From: Candidatus Zestomicrobium tamdykulense | Lineage (GTDB): Archaea > Thermoproteota > Thermoprotei_A > Sulfolobales > NBVN01 | NCBI GenBank assembly: GCA_039889305.1 | Contig: JAVVFV010000002.1 | Coordinates: 6,401 to 70,400, forward strand | Length of the DNA: 64,000 bases | Direction: 5' to 3' | Shown here: in pieces, positions 25,118-34,146 of the stretch | Numbering within the stretch: position 1 is the stretch's first letter | How the letters are laid out: each line of letters opens with the position of its first letter | The notes under the pieces: generated by a model | What the model was told of the DNA's origin: nothing | Databases searched by the model: none | Seen by the model: only the letters and a program-made list of their open reading frames with translations | Made by a program: the position numbers and the translations under genes

Positions 25118-28111
25118 GTGATATTGGTGTCCAGTATTGATTTAGGGCGCTTGAGGTTAGGTGAGGTAGAGAAAGAAGCAAAAAAATTCTGGGAAGAAAA
25201 TAATATACCCGCTAAATGGAGATCTTGGGAAGAAGGCAAACCAGTATTCTCGTTCTTAGAGGGACCACCCACAGCGAACGGAGTTCCCCACATAGGGCAT
25301 CTGAGAGGCAGGATATATAAAGACTTTGTCCTCAAATTAATGAGGTTACGAGGCTATAACGTGTGGGCTCAGGGAGGGTGGGACGAGCAAGGACTTCCCG
25401 TCGAGGTAGAAACAGAGAAGAAGTTAGGAATAAAACATAAGAAAGAGATAGGAGAGAGAATATCACCTGAGGAGTTCGTGAGGAGATGTAACGAGTTAGT
25501 AAATCACTACTTGAAGTTCTGGGAAACGCAAGCAACCACAGACATAGCGCTGTGGTTAGATCTGGAGAACGCTTACGAGACTAGAAAACCAGAGTATATA
25601 GAGCATGTGTGGCACCTAATAAAGAAAGCTTACCAAGAAGACCTATTGTATGAAGGCTTCAGAGTACTCCCCTTCTGCCCGAGGTGCGAGACTGTCTTAA
25701 GCGATGCGGAAGTAGATCTAGGTTACGAGGAAAAAACATCCCCCTCCATAATAGTGAAGTTTAAGGTCAGGAACCGTGAGAACACCTACCTCCTAGTATG
25801 GACCACAACACCGTGGACGTTAATAGATAATGAAGCAGTTGCTGCAAATCCTAAAGGCAGATACTGCAGACTCAACATCAATAATGAGTTCTGGTGGGTT
25901 GCGGAATCTAGAATGAAGGAAGTCATGAATCTAGTTAATGCTGAGGGTGAGTGTGTTGAGGTAGTCTTGGGTGAGGAGCTTGCCGGGCTTGAGTACGAGC
26001 ACCCACTAGCTGAGGAGGTACCAATACATAAATCACACAGAAACGCACACAAAGTACTCACAGCAGAATTTGTTTCGCTGGATGAGGGTACCGGATTAGT
26101 ACACATAGCTCCCGGACACGGTCCGGAAGACTTCGAGCTAGGTTCTAAGGAAGACCTACCAATAACCAGCAACGTAGAGATTAACGGCGTGTTTAATAGT
26201 GATGCCGGAATCTTCCAAGAACTCTACATCGATGAAGCTTCAAAGAAAGTAATCCAGGTCTTAAGAACTAAGGGCCTACTTATTTACTCAGGCACCATAA
26301 CCCACACATACCCCCACTGCTGGAGATGCCACACACCACTAATATACAGAGCTGACAAGCAGTGGTTCATAAACATAAGCAAAATAAAAAGCAACCTCAC
26401 GAACCAACTAGAAAAAGTAAGCATATTCCCGCCAAAACTTAAGGAAAGATTCACTAATTGGGTAGCTAACGCCAAAGACTGGACCCTCTCCAGATCACGT
26501 ATTTGGGGAACACCCTTACCTATATGGAGATGCAGAAGCAACCAAAACAAATTATTAGTCATAGGTAGTCTAGAAGAACTAAAAAGACTAGCAATTAACG
26601 CAGACCAATTTAATGATTTTGAATTAACGCATAAGCCATGGATAGATAGAGTCAAGATACGCACGAACGACTGCGACGAATGGGTTAGAGAACCTTTCGT
26701 GATTGATGTCTGGATTGATAGCGGGATTGCTTGGTACGCCGGCATTAATGGTCTCAGAAATAAAGACCTATTCAGTAAGTTATTCCCCTACGACTTCATA
26801 ACTGAGGGGGTAGACCAAACTAGGGGTTGGTTCTACTCATTATTAGTGACTTCAGTCATCCTGACAGGAAAAGCACCATACAAAAACATCCTGATTCAGG
26901 GCTTAATACTAGATAAGTACGGCCGCAAAATGTCTAAACACTTAGGCAACGTCATTTACGCGGGAGAAGCTCTCAAGAAGCATGGCGCGGATACTTTAAG
27001 ACTCTACATACTGAGCACGTACCCGCCCGGTGATCCATTCATATATAATGAAGACGAGATCAAGAACGTCATAACCTCACTAAACATAATATGGAATATC
27101 TTCAGGTTCGCACACACTTACATGACCCTGGATAAGTTCAGCCCAGAAACCCATAAACTGAGTGAGTTACTACAGAACGCGAGGATAGAGGATCGATGGA
27201 TCCTTTCCAGAGTGAACACGGTGATGAGTCAGTACCTGAATGAGTTAAGAACGTACAACATACACATAACTATCAAGAACCTCCTCACGTTCTTTGTTGA
27301 GGACTTGAGCCACAGGTACCTCAGACTCGTAAGGAGGAGAGTATGGGAAGAGGAGAACAGCGACAGATTTGTAGCTTATTATGTTCTTTACTACGTCTTG
27401 AAGAAAGCACTTAAGATGTTAGCACCCGCAACCCCACACCTAGCTGAGGTACTCTGGCAGAAGTTCTTCAGATATTACGATAAATCGTTAGAGGAGAGCA
27501 TACATCTAAGTAGTCTTGAGGGAATAGATGAAGAGTTCGTAAATCCTGAGCTAGAGGAAGCTTTCGAGGAAGTTTTCAGAGCCTTCAGCGCTATCGCTGC
27601 TCTAAGAAACTCACTAGGTCTGAAGCTGAGATGGCCTGTGAGGACGGTCTACATATCCACTACACGAGAAACTCTCGAGAAACTCGAGAAACTTAACGAG
27701 ATACTTAAGTTCTTAAGTAACGCTAAAGAAGTAGTTCTCGCGGAGAGTTTACCCCCTATATGCGAGGAGAACGAGTACTCTACACTAACATCAGATAAGT
27801 TCGTGGTATGCATGCCTAAGAAACTCGACAAAACACTACTTAACGAAGCACTCTCACGTGAGTTAATCAGGAGAATACAAGTAATGCGTAATAAAGCAAA
27901 CCTATACGTAGATGAGTTCATAGAAGTAGCTGTAGAAACCGAAGAAACAGAACTCAAAGACGCGTTAAACACATTAAGAGACTACATAGCTAGAGAAGTC
28001 AGAGCCACACAAATTTCCGATAAAGTAAGAAGCGATATGTTAATAGAAGATTGGGATATTGAAGGTATGAAAGTCAAGATAGGCATAAAAAGACAAAAAC
28101 AAACTAACTAA
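25118..28111 (+). CDS. ileS: Isoleucine--tRNA ligase
   Basis: GTG start after a GGAGTGAGGTGAT Shine-Dalgarno-like run. GPPTANGVPHIGH (HIGH), WTTTPWTL, GWDEQGLP and KMSKHLGN (KMSKS). Confidence 0.9.
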   Translation: MILVSSIDLGRLRLGEVEKEAKKFWEENNIPAKWRSWEEGKPVFSFLEGPPTANGVPHIGHLRGRIYKDFVLKLMRLRGYNVWAQGGWDEQGLPVEVETEKKLGIKHKKEIGERISPEEFVRRCNELVNHYLKFWETQATTDIALWLDLENAYETRKPEYIEHVWHLIKKAYQEDLLYEGFRVLPFCPRCETVLSDAEVDLGYEEKTSPSIIVKFKVRNRENTYLLVWTTTPWTLIDNEAVAANPKGRYCRLNINNEFWWVAESRMKEVMNLVNAEGECVEVVLGEELAGLEYEHPLAEEVPIHKSHRNAHKVLTAEFVSLDEGTGLVHIAPGHGPEDFELGSKEDLPITSNVEINGVFNSDAGIFQELYIDEASKKVIQVLRTKGLLIYSGTITHTYPHCWRCHTPLIYRADKQWFINISKIKSNLTNQLEKVSIFPPKLKERFTNWVANAKDWTLSRSRIWGTPLPIWRCRSNQNKLLVIGSLEELKRLAINADQFNDFELTHKPWIDRVKIRTNDCDEWVREPFVIDVWIDSGIAWYAGINGLRNKDLFSKLFPYDFITEGVDQTRGWFYSLLVTSVILTGKAPYKNILIQGLILDKYGRKMSKHLGNVIYAGEALKKHGADTLRLYILSTYPPGDPFIYNEDEIKNVITSLNIIWNIFRFAHTYMTLDKFSPETHKLSELLQNARIEDRWILSRVNTVMSQYLNELRTYNIHITIKNLLTFFVEDLSHRYLRLVRRRVWEEENSDRFVAYYVLYYVLKKALKMLAPATPHLAEVLWQKFFRYYDKSLEESIHLSSLEGIDEEFVNPELEEAFEEVFRAFSAIAALRNSLGLKLRWPVRTVYISTTRETLEKLEKLNEILKFLSNAKEVVLAESLPPICEENEYSTLTSDKFVVCMPKKLDKTLLNEALSRELIRRIQVMRNKANLYVDEFIEVAVETEETELKDALNTLRDYIAREVRATQISDKVRSDMLIEDWDIEGMKVKIGIKRQKQTN

Positions 28112-28356
28112 ACCTACTCTAAGGAAAAAGATAATTAGATGCTAATAACAGGAAGCAAGATAATTTACCACACGTAGAACTCCGTTGCAGCACTCGCGAG
28201 ACACTCTTGAGAGCGCATCCTTAATGAAGGTCTCGACAAATCCCGCAACCTGTAAGTAAGTTTCGAGGAAGCTCACGCCCGGAAGCAACTAAAATAACTC
28301 AAGTAGTAAGCACTGACAAACTTCTCAGGCTAAATATATTATCCGCTTAAGCTATA

Positions 28357-29376
28357 GTGAATATTAAGTGGTGCAAGGAAGTGACTCATACTGAGTGCGA
28401 AAGCCTTAAACAAAGAGTACATAAATTTATTCGTGATGTTCGTGATGGTGCTGTATTAGGTCCTACGGAGGTTGCTATAGGCTCGTTAGAACTCATAAGA
28501 GATGCATCAAGCTTATGTAAGAACGAATTTAGGGAATTCCTAACTAATTTTATTCCTTTGGTGGTTGTTTCTAGACCACCTTCTCAGGTAGCTGAGAATA
28601 TACTTCGTAAGTATCTCGAGGAATTCATTAATTTGAAAACTGAGAAAGGGTTTGATAGAGCTGTAGATGAGTCACGAAGTATTATAAACTCATTAATTAA
28701 AGAACTCGAGTTAGTTAGGGATATGATAGCGGAGATAGGTTCTAGACGCATCGAGAACGGCGACACCATCTTAACACACTCCTACAGCACTACCGTACTA
28801 AAAACTCTTGAGAAAGCTGTTAAGAAAGGCGTTACTTTCAGAGTATACGTAACAGAGTCTAGACCTATAGGTGAGGGTAAAGTAACTGCCAGCACTCTAA
28901 GTAAGTTAGGGATTGAAACCACCCTAATCGTGGATTCAGCTGTTAGGTACGTAATGAAGCACGTGAATAAGGTGTTGGTCGGTGCTGATGCTATAGCAGT
29001 GAACGGTGCAGTAGTAAATAAGGTAGGTACTTCAGCAATAGCTCTGGCAGCTAAGGAAGCTAGGTCACGCTTATTTGTTTTAGCTGGAATATATAAGCTA
29101 TCTTTCGAAACAATCTTCGGTGAGTTAATAGAGCAAGTATTTCTTGATAACGCAGACCTAATCATACCTAAAGAAAAAATTCAGGAACTCCCAAGTAAGG
29201 TAAGAGTTAGTGTACCGCTCTTCGATGTCACACCACCAGAATACATAGACGCGATAATTACTGAGAGGGGGGTGTTAGCACCTCAAGCAATACCTGTTTT
29301 GGTTGCTAGTCTTTATGGATGGCCACCCAAGATTAAATCCTTAAGAGAGTTGCTGGAAGAGGTGAGCAGGAATTGA
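28357..29376 (+). CDS. eIF-2B alpha/beta/delta-family protein, divergent paralog
   Basis: The C-terminal two-thirds are colinear with the next gene (ILTHSYSTTV..YVTESRP..GADAIAVNGAVVNKVGT..FDVTPPEYIDAIITERG). The N-terminal RGA and RPTAVSL motifs are degenerate (RDGAVLGP; SRPPSQV). Confidence 0.7.
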   Translation: MNIKWCKEVTHTECESLKQRVHKFIRDVRDGAVLGPTEVAIGSLELIRDASSLCKNEFREFLTNFIPLVVVSRPPSQVAENILRKYLEEFINLKTEKGFDRAVDESRSIINSLIKELELVRDMIAEIGSRRIENGDTILTHSYSTTVLKTLEKAVKKGVTFRVYVTESRPIGEGKVTASTLSKLGIETTLIVDSAVRYVMKHVNKVLVGADAIAVNGAVVNKVGTSAIALAAKEARSRLFVLAGIYKLSFETIFGELIEQVFLDNADLIIPKEKIQELPSKVRVSVPLFDVTPPEYIDAIITERGVLAPQAIPVLVASLYGWPPKIKSLRELLEEVSRN

Positions 29377-30359
29377 ATCCAGAATATAAGCTCCCTAAAG
29401 AAGTAATAGAGATTCGTGAAGGAATTAGAAACATGAGTATAAGGGGTGCAGGAAGAATAGCTAAGTACGCAGTCCTAGCGCTAATGAAAGCTGCGGAAGA
29501 TTTTAAAGGAAACAAAGCACGTGATTTCCTCAAATACATGGAGTACGTGGGTTCATACTTAAGGAGTGCTAGACCAACAGCAGTCTCCCTACCTAACGCC
29601 ATAACGTACGTCCTAGCTAAACTAAAGAAACAAAGCATTACTTCAGTAGATGAAGGTAAACAAACAGTTATCAGCCTAGCTCAAGAATTCATGAAGAGAG
29701 CTGATGAAGCTCTTAAAACAATAGGTGAGCTCGGTTCTAGACGAATTGAGAACGGCGACATCATAATGACTCACTGCCACAGCACCGCAGCTGTCTCAGT
29801 AATAACTACCGCGTACAGAAGAGGAAAAATAAACGTTGTTTACGTTAAGGAAACACGCCCAGCATTCCAAGGATTAATCACTGCCAAAACCTTAGCAGAA
29901 GAAGGTCTTGATGTAATCGTAATACCTGACTCATCAGTAAGGTACTTCATGAAGAAAGTAGATAAGGTTGTGGTAGGAGCTGACACCGTAGCAGCTAATG
30001 GCGCGGTAGTCAATAAAATAGGGACGTCGTTAGTAGCTTTAGCAGCCAAAGAAGCAAGAGTTCGTTTCTACGTCGCTACAGAAACTTTTAAGTTCAGTCC
30101 TTACACGTTACTAGGAGAACTAGTTCCTATAGAAGTTAGGGATCCTAGAGAAGTAGTTGATGATGAGTGGCTAAAAGAAAACAAAAACGTAAAGATTTTT
30201 AACCCGGTCTTCGACGTCACACCACCAGAATACGTAGACGCAATAATTACTGAGAAAGGCGTAATACCTCCTCAAGCCGCACTACTAATACTAATTGAAG
30301 ACTACGGTGCTGATTTAAGAAGTGTGGAGGCAAGTACTACGATATCTTGGGAAGAATAA
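29373..30359 (+). CDS. eIF-2B-family protein, ribose-1,5-bisphosphate isomerase-like (e2b2 type)
   Basis: IRNMSIRGAGRIAKYA, SARPTAVSLPNAI, IMTHCHSTAA, ETRPAFQG, GADTVAANGAVVNKIGT and FDVTPPEYVDAIITEKG are very close to the Thermococcus R15P isomerase as I recall it. It has a 4-nt overlap with the upstream paralog. Confidence 0.75.
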   Translation: MNPEYKLPKEVIEIREGIRNMSIRGAGRIAKYAVLALMKAAEDFKGNKARDFLKYMEYVGSYLRSARPTAVSLPNAITYVLAKLKKQSITSVDEGKQTVISLAQEFMKRADEALKTIGELGSRRIENGDIIMTHCHSTAAVSVITTAYRRGKINVVYVKETRPAFQGLITAKTLAEEGLDVIVIPDSSVRYFMKKVDKVVVGADTVAANGAVVNKIGTSLVALAAKEARVRFYVATETFKFSPYTLLGELVPIEVRDPREVVDDEWLKENKNVKIFNPVFDVTPPEYVDAIITEKGVIPPQAALLILIEDYGADLRSVEASTTISWEE

Positions 30360-30383
30360 CACTACCTCAACAGTGGCTTTAAA

Positions 30384-31415
30384 TCAGAGCACAACAGTTT
30401 TTATGTTTAGCTTACTTGATACATAATCCGCGAATACCCTGCCCTGAGAACTCCTCGCGTTATTAACTACGAGTAACCTAGGTCTTGAACGTTCTACGTA
30501 CTCCATTAAACCTTTAAAATCAGAGTGATCGCTGAAAGCTACTAGGTAGCTATTATTCCCGATCTGTCTGTAAGGTTTCGTGAATTCCCAACCACTAAGT
30601 GTTACGTGACTTGCTCTACTATTTTCTTTTAGTCTAGGATAACTTACTGAGTGGGTTAAGTAGACGTACCAACCACTCCTTATAATGTCTAAGCCTTCAC
30701 TAGAGTTTATGTGGAAATACTCACCAAACCTCATGCCATATTTTTCAGCGATTCTTGAGAGTGTGTACTGTTTATGACTAAGGACAAAAGGAGCTATGAC
30801 GCCGCGTTCACGCAGAATCTGCATTACTTCCTGAACCTTGCCGTAGTAAGCATAAAGATGGACAGGACCCTTACTAAGTAACTCATTAATTAAGTCAGCC
30901 AAGACCGTCTCAATAAATTCATCAAATTCCCTAACGTATGATGGATGCCCGTACACAGCATCCATGACTAATATGTCTGGCTGAATAACGTCAGTACCCC
31001 TACCCACCTTCTTGAAATCACTAGTGTAGCCGACGGTTGTGTTATCCTCATACTCAACCAATACTTGAGCTGTCCCAGGTATGTGTACAGCTTTCTTAAA
31101 AAGGATTTTAAGACCCCCCACCTTGTAAGATTGGTCGTAATCAAGCGGAAGAAACAATGATGAGTCATTAAATCCAGTCATTACAGAAAGCCACTCAAGA
31201 GTGAGTGGTGTTCCAACTATCTTCTGCCTACGTCTCACAGACTCAGCAAGCCTCACTACATGATCACTATGGACGTGAGTCACTATCCTATCTTGAAAAT
31301 CTTCATGCCCATCAATAACTATAGACTCATTAACTGATATACCGCCGTGCTCGTTCACCCTAATCAAAGCTCTCTGCAGAGTCGACTCAACACTCAATGA
31401 GTAAACCCCTGCCAA
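30384..31415 (-). CDS. MBL-fold metallo-hydrolase (small beta-CASP-like)
   Basis: HxHxDH motif THVHSDH, a later HIPG, and the C-terminal FSDHSD typical of beta-CASP motif C. Confidence 0.6.
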   Translation of the reverse strand: MAGVYSLSVESTLQRALIRVNEHGGISVNESIVIDGHEDFQDRIVTHVHSDHVVRLAESVRRRQKIVGTPLTLEWLSVMTGFNDSSLFLPLDYDQSYKVGGLKILFKKAVHIPGTAQVLVEYEDNTTVGYTSDFKKVGRGTDVIQPDILVMDAVYGHPSYVREFDEFIETVLADLINELLSKGPVHLYAYYGKVQEVMQILRERGVIAPFVLSHKQYTLSRIAEKYGMRFGEYFHINSSEGLDIIRSGWYVYLTHSVSYPRLKENSRASHVTLSGWEFTKPYRQIGNNSYLVAFSDHSDFKGLMEYVERSRPRLLVVNNARSSQGRVFADYVSSKLNIKTVVL

Positions 31416-31497
31416 AATTATTAATTAACAGCAGAATTAATAAAAACAAACCCACTACGAGTTCCTGATTAGAGTAATTCGTCGGTCTTCGCGTGTC

Positions 31498-32772
31498 CTA
31501 GATTAGTGTTTTATAATGAGTGAGTAGAACTTTCCTTAACTCCTCAATATCTGGGTTTATTGTTGGAGCATCACCAACTACTTCCCTCACTACGTCCGGA
31601 TCTTTTAGTCCGTGCCCAGTTATTAATACTACTATTTCTTCATCTCTATCTATAAGCTTTTCTTGGAGAGCTTTCATTAGTCCTGCTAGAGATGCAGCTC
31701 CTGAAGGCTCAGCAAATATTCCCTCAGTACTAGCTAGAGCCTTCATAGCCTCAACAATTAAAGAATCCTCAACTTCCTCCGCATTACCTTTAGTAACTTG
31801 AAGAGCTGTGAGTCCTGCATCACCATCCCAGGGGTATGGGTCCTCAAGACCCCAAGCTATTGTGTGTGGGCGGTCCCAAGGACGTATATTGAATGGGTCT
31901 TGCTTCTCTTTAAAAGCTCTGACGAACGGTGGATTACCTGTTGATTGCACAGCAAATAATCTCGGGTACTCGTTAATCAAGCCTAACTCCAGGTAGTCTC
32001 TAAACCCTTTCCAAACACCGGTCAGTAATGATGCAGCACCTACAGGAACAAACACCCAATCCGGTGTTCTCCAGCTCATTTGCTCAACTATCTCGTAAGA
32101 GATTGTTTTAGAGCCCTCAATCTGGTATGGATTGAAAGGACCGAAACTAGGTGACGGGAAGAACCCGAATTTCTCGTAAGCTAGCCTCATCATCTTGACT
32201 GTAGGGTCTTCCCTACCGAGACCCCTCACCCTAACTACCTTAGCTCCATAAAAGAGTAGCTGAGCTATCTTACTATAACTAGCTTGCTCTATAACGAAAG
32301 CATAAACCTCCATCCCAGTCCTCGCAGCATAAGCTGATAACGCGACCGCCGCATTACCTGATGAAGCAGTAACTAACTTTCTGTAACCGAATTCCTTAGC
32401 AACACTAACCGCAACCGACATACCACGATCTTTGTAGGAAGCTGTCGGGTTTCTGGTCTCGTCTTTAATCCATAAAGACTTAACACCAAGCTTCTCAGCA
32501 AGCCTCCGAGCCTTGATTAGGGGGGTAGCTCCCTCATTAAGTGTAACTATGTTCTCGCTGTTTTGAGGAGGTAATAAATCAAAATACTTCCACTGACTAG
32601 TTAGGGGCTTCCTATCAACATAATCCCTAGTATAGAAATTCTTGAGTGCCTCATAATCGTAATTTATGTCTAAACGACCTAAATCATCCCTTAAACATAG
32701 AGAGGGCTTATCCTCATACTTATAGACGGTGCCGCAACGAGAACACGTAAGATTTCTTATGTATTTCGACAT
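31498..32772 (-). CDS. thrC: Threonine synthase-family fold-type-II PLP enzyme with an N-terminal zinc ribbon
   Basis: CSRCGTVY, NEGATPL, NPTASYKDRG (PLP lysine context) and ASSGNAAVALSAYAA. Confidence 0.7.
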   Translation of the reverse strand: MSKYIRNLTCSRCGTVYKYEDKPSLCLRDDLGRLDINYDYEALKNFYTRDYVDRKPLTSQWKYFDLLPPQNSENIVTLNEGATPLIKARRLAEKLGVKSLWIKDETRNPTASYKDRGMSVAVSVAKEFGYRKLVTASSGNAAVALSAYAARTGMEVYAFVIEQASYSKIAQLLFYGAKVVRVRGLGREDPTVKMMRLAYEKFGFFPSPSFGPFNPYQIEGSKTISYEIVEQMSWRTPDWVFVPVGAASLLTGVWKGFRDYLELGLINEYPRLFAVQSTGNPPFVRAFKEKQDPFNIRPWDRPHTIAWGLEDPYPWDGDAGLTALQVTKGNAEEVEDSLIVEAMKALASTEGIFAEPSGAASLAGLMKALQEKLIDRDEEIVVLITGHGLKDPDVVREVVGDAPTINPDIEELRKVLLTHYKTLI

Positions 32773-32910
32773 ATTACTTTAACCCCACACAAATAAGAAC
32801 TTAGAGTAATTTTAGTATGACTTAAACTAAGCTATATAATACTTAACACCATCCTCCATATTTTGCTAGAAAAAGACTTACTTAATTTAAATTAAGTAGT
32901 ATTGTCCTCG

Positions 32911-34128
32911 CTATAACCAGTAGCTTGCTGGGAAGTGAATAGCTCTCGTAGGACATACTGTAGTGCAAACACCGCAACCATAACACTTACTAGTATCCAC
33001 AACAGCTACTCTGGTGTTACCTTTAGGAAGTACGTGAACAGCATCGTAAGTGCATGATTGCTCGCAAAGCCCGCAAGCAATGCACTTATCTTCTGAAACT
33101 ACCGGGTTCTTCACCTCATACCAGCCAGCTAACTCAGGCTTGAGGTGCTTTAACGCAATACCTTTAATATCTTCTATGCTTGAGTAGTCGTGTTCTCTCA
33201 ACCATTTAGCAACGCCATCAACTAACCTCCTAAATACTTGAGGGCCTTCTAGTATGGCTTGAGTACAGACCTGAACAGCCGTAGCACCAGCCATAACGTA
33301 CTCGATTACATCCTCAGGCTGGGAAATACCTCCTACACCAATTATTGGTAACTTACTTATCTTCGCTATCTCAGCCACTACAGCAACTCCAAGTGGTTTT
33401 ATAGCTGGTCCTGAGAGCCATCCGTGTCCGTTAGGTCCTCCCATAATAGGCTTCCCACTTTCTATGTCTATGTGTAGTGTAGGACCTATCGTGTTTATCG
33501 CTACTACGCCGTCAACACCTACCTTCTCAAGTTCTCTTATCATTTCTTTGAGACCTGTTAGGTGGGGACTCAACTTAGGGAATACTGGAACATCCACAAC
33601 CTCCTTCAGTGCTTTAGCTGACTCAACAACGGGTTTGTAATCGAAGCCTACGTAGTGAGTTGAGAACTCAATTCCTTGAGCACCAGCCTTCACAGCCTTA
33701 GGACCTAACTCTCTTAGTTCATGAGCCCAGTACCCTAAGCTAGCTATGAGCGGTATCCCGTGCTTCTCAGCAACTCTTCTAGCGTAAGGTAATTCAACAT
33801 TGAACCACTGTTCAGGTGGTAGATCAGACCAGAGCTCAGCATTCAAGAACCCGTAATACGCTCCCCTAACGTTCACTATTTTTGTTACTAGTTTCTCGTT
33901 CTCATACTTAGGCGATATTAACCCTATATACCCCCTATTAATGACACCCATATGAGGTCTCGGAACTTTAGCTGCTTTAATACCTATAGTCTTAGCTACT
34001 AAACCCCCCGCACCACCCTCAGCAAGCAACTCCATAGCCTTACCGTCTCTTGATATCGGGCATGCGGAGTTTAATATTGGGTTTCTGAACTTCAGACCAG
34101 CTATCTCAACAGATATTTCTACACTCAT
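32911..34128 (-). CDS. Dihydroorotate/dihydropyrimidine dehydrogenase-like flavoprotein with a C-terminal 2x[4Fe-4S] domain (PreA-like)
   Basis: N-terminal DHODH/DPD TIM-barrel string (GLKFRNPILNSACPIS.., GAQGIEFS, NTIGP, GGIS). The C-terminus carries CIACGLCEQSC and CYGCGVCTTVCP ferredoxin motifs. At 405 aa it matches the E. coli PreA size and layout. Confidence 0.7.
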   Translation of the reverse strand: MSVEISVEIAGLKFRNPILNSACPISRDGKAMELLAEGGAGGLVAKTIGIKAAKVPRPHMGVINRGYIGLISPKYENEKLVTKIVNVRGAYYGFLNAELWSDLPPEQWFNVELPYARRVAEKHGIPLIASLGYWAHELRELGPKAVKAGAQGIEFSTHYVGFDYKPVVESAKALKEVVDVPVFPKLSPHLTGLKEMIRELEKVGVDGVVAINTIGPTLHIDIESGKPIMGGPNGHGWLSGPAIKPLGVAVVAEIAKISKLPIIGVGGISQPEDVIEYVMAGATAVQVCTQAILEGPQVFRRLVDGVAKWLREHDYSSIEDIKGIALKHLKPELAGWYEVKNPVVSEDKCIACGLCEQSCTYDAVHVLPKGNTRVAVVDTSKCYGCGVCTTVCPTRAIHFPASYWL

Positions 34129-34146
34129 ACGACACCACCTAATAAA

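Noticed and set aside
27671-27690. A tandem repeat, CTCGAGAAA x2, inside ileS.
   Set aside because: It simply encodes LEKLEKL in a helical C-terminal region. It is not a regulatory or mobile repeat.
28112-28356. The 245-bp ileS / eIF-2B-like spacer, with a 48-codon TTG ORF on the minus strand (..FLETYLQVAGFVETFIKDALSRVSRECCNGVLRVV..) and local GC-rich dyads.
   Set aside because: No recognisable motif and no Shine-Dalgarno or TATA context that I could support, and the ORF is short. Left unannotated.
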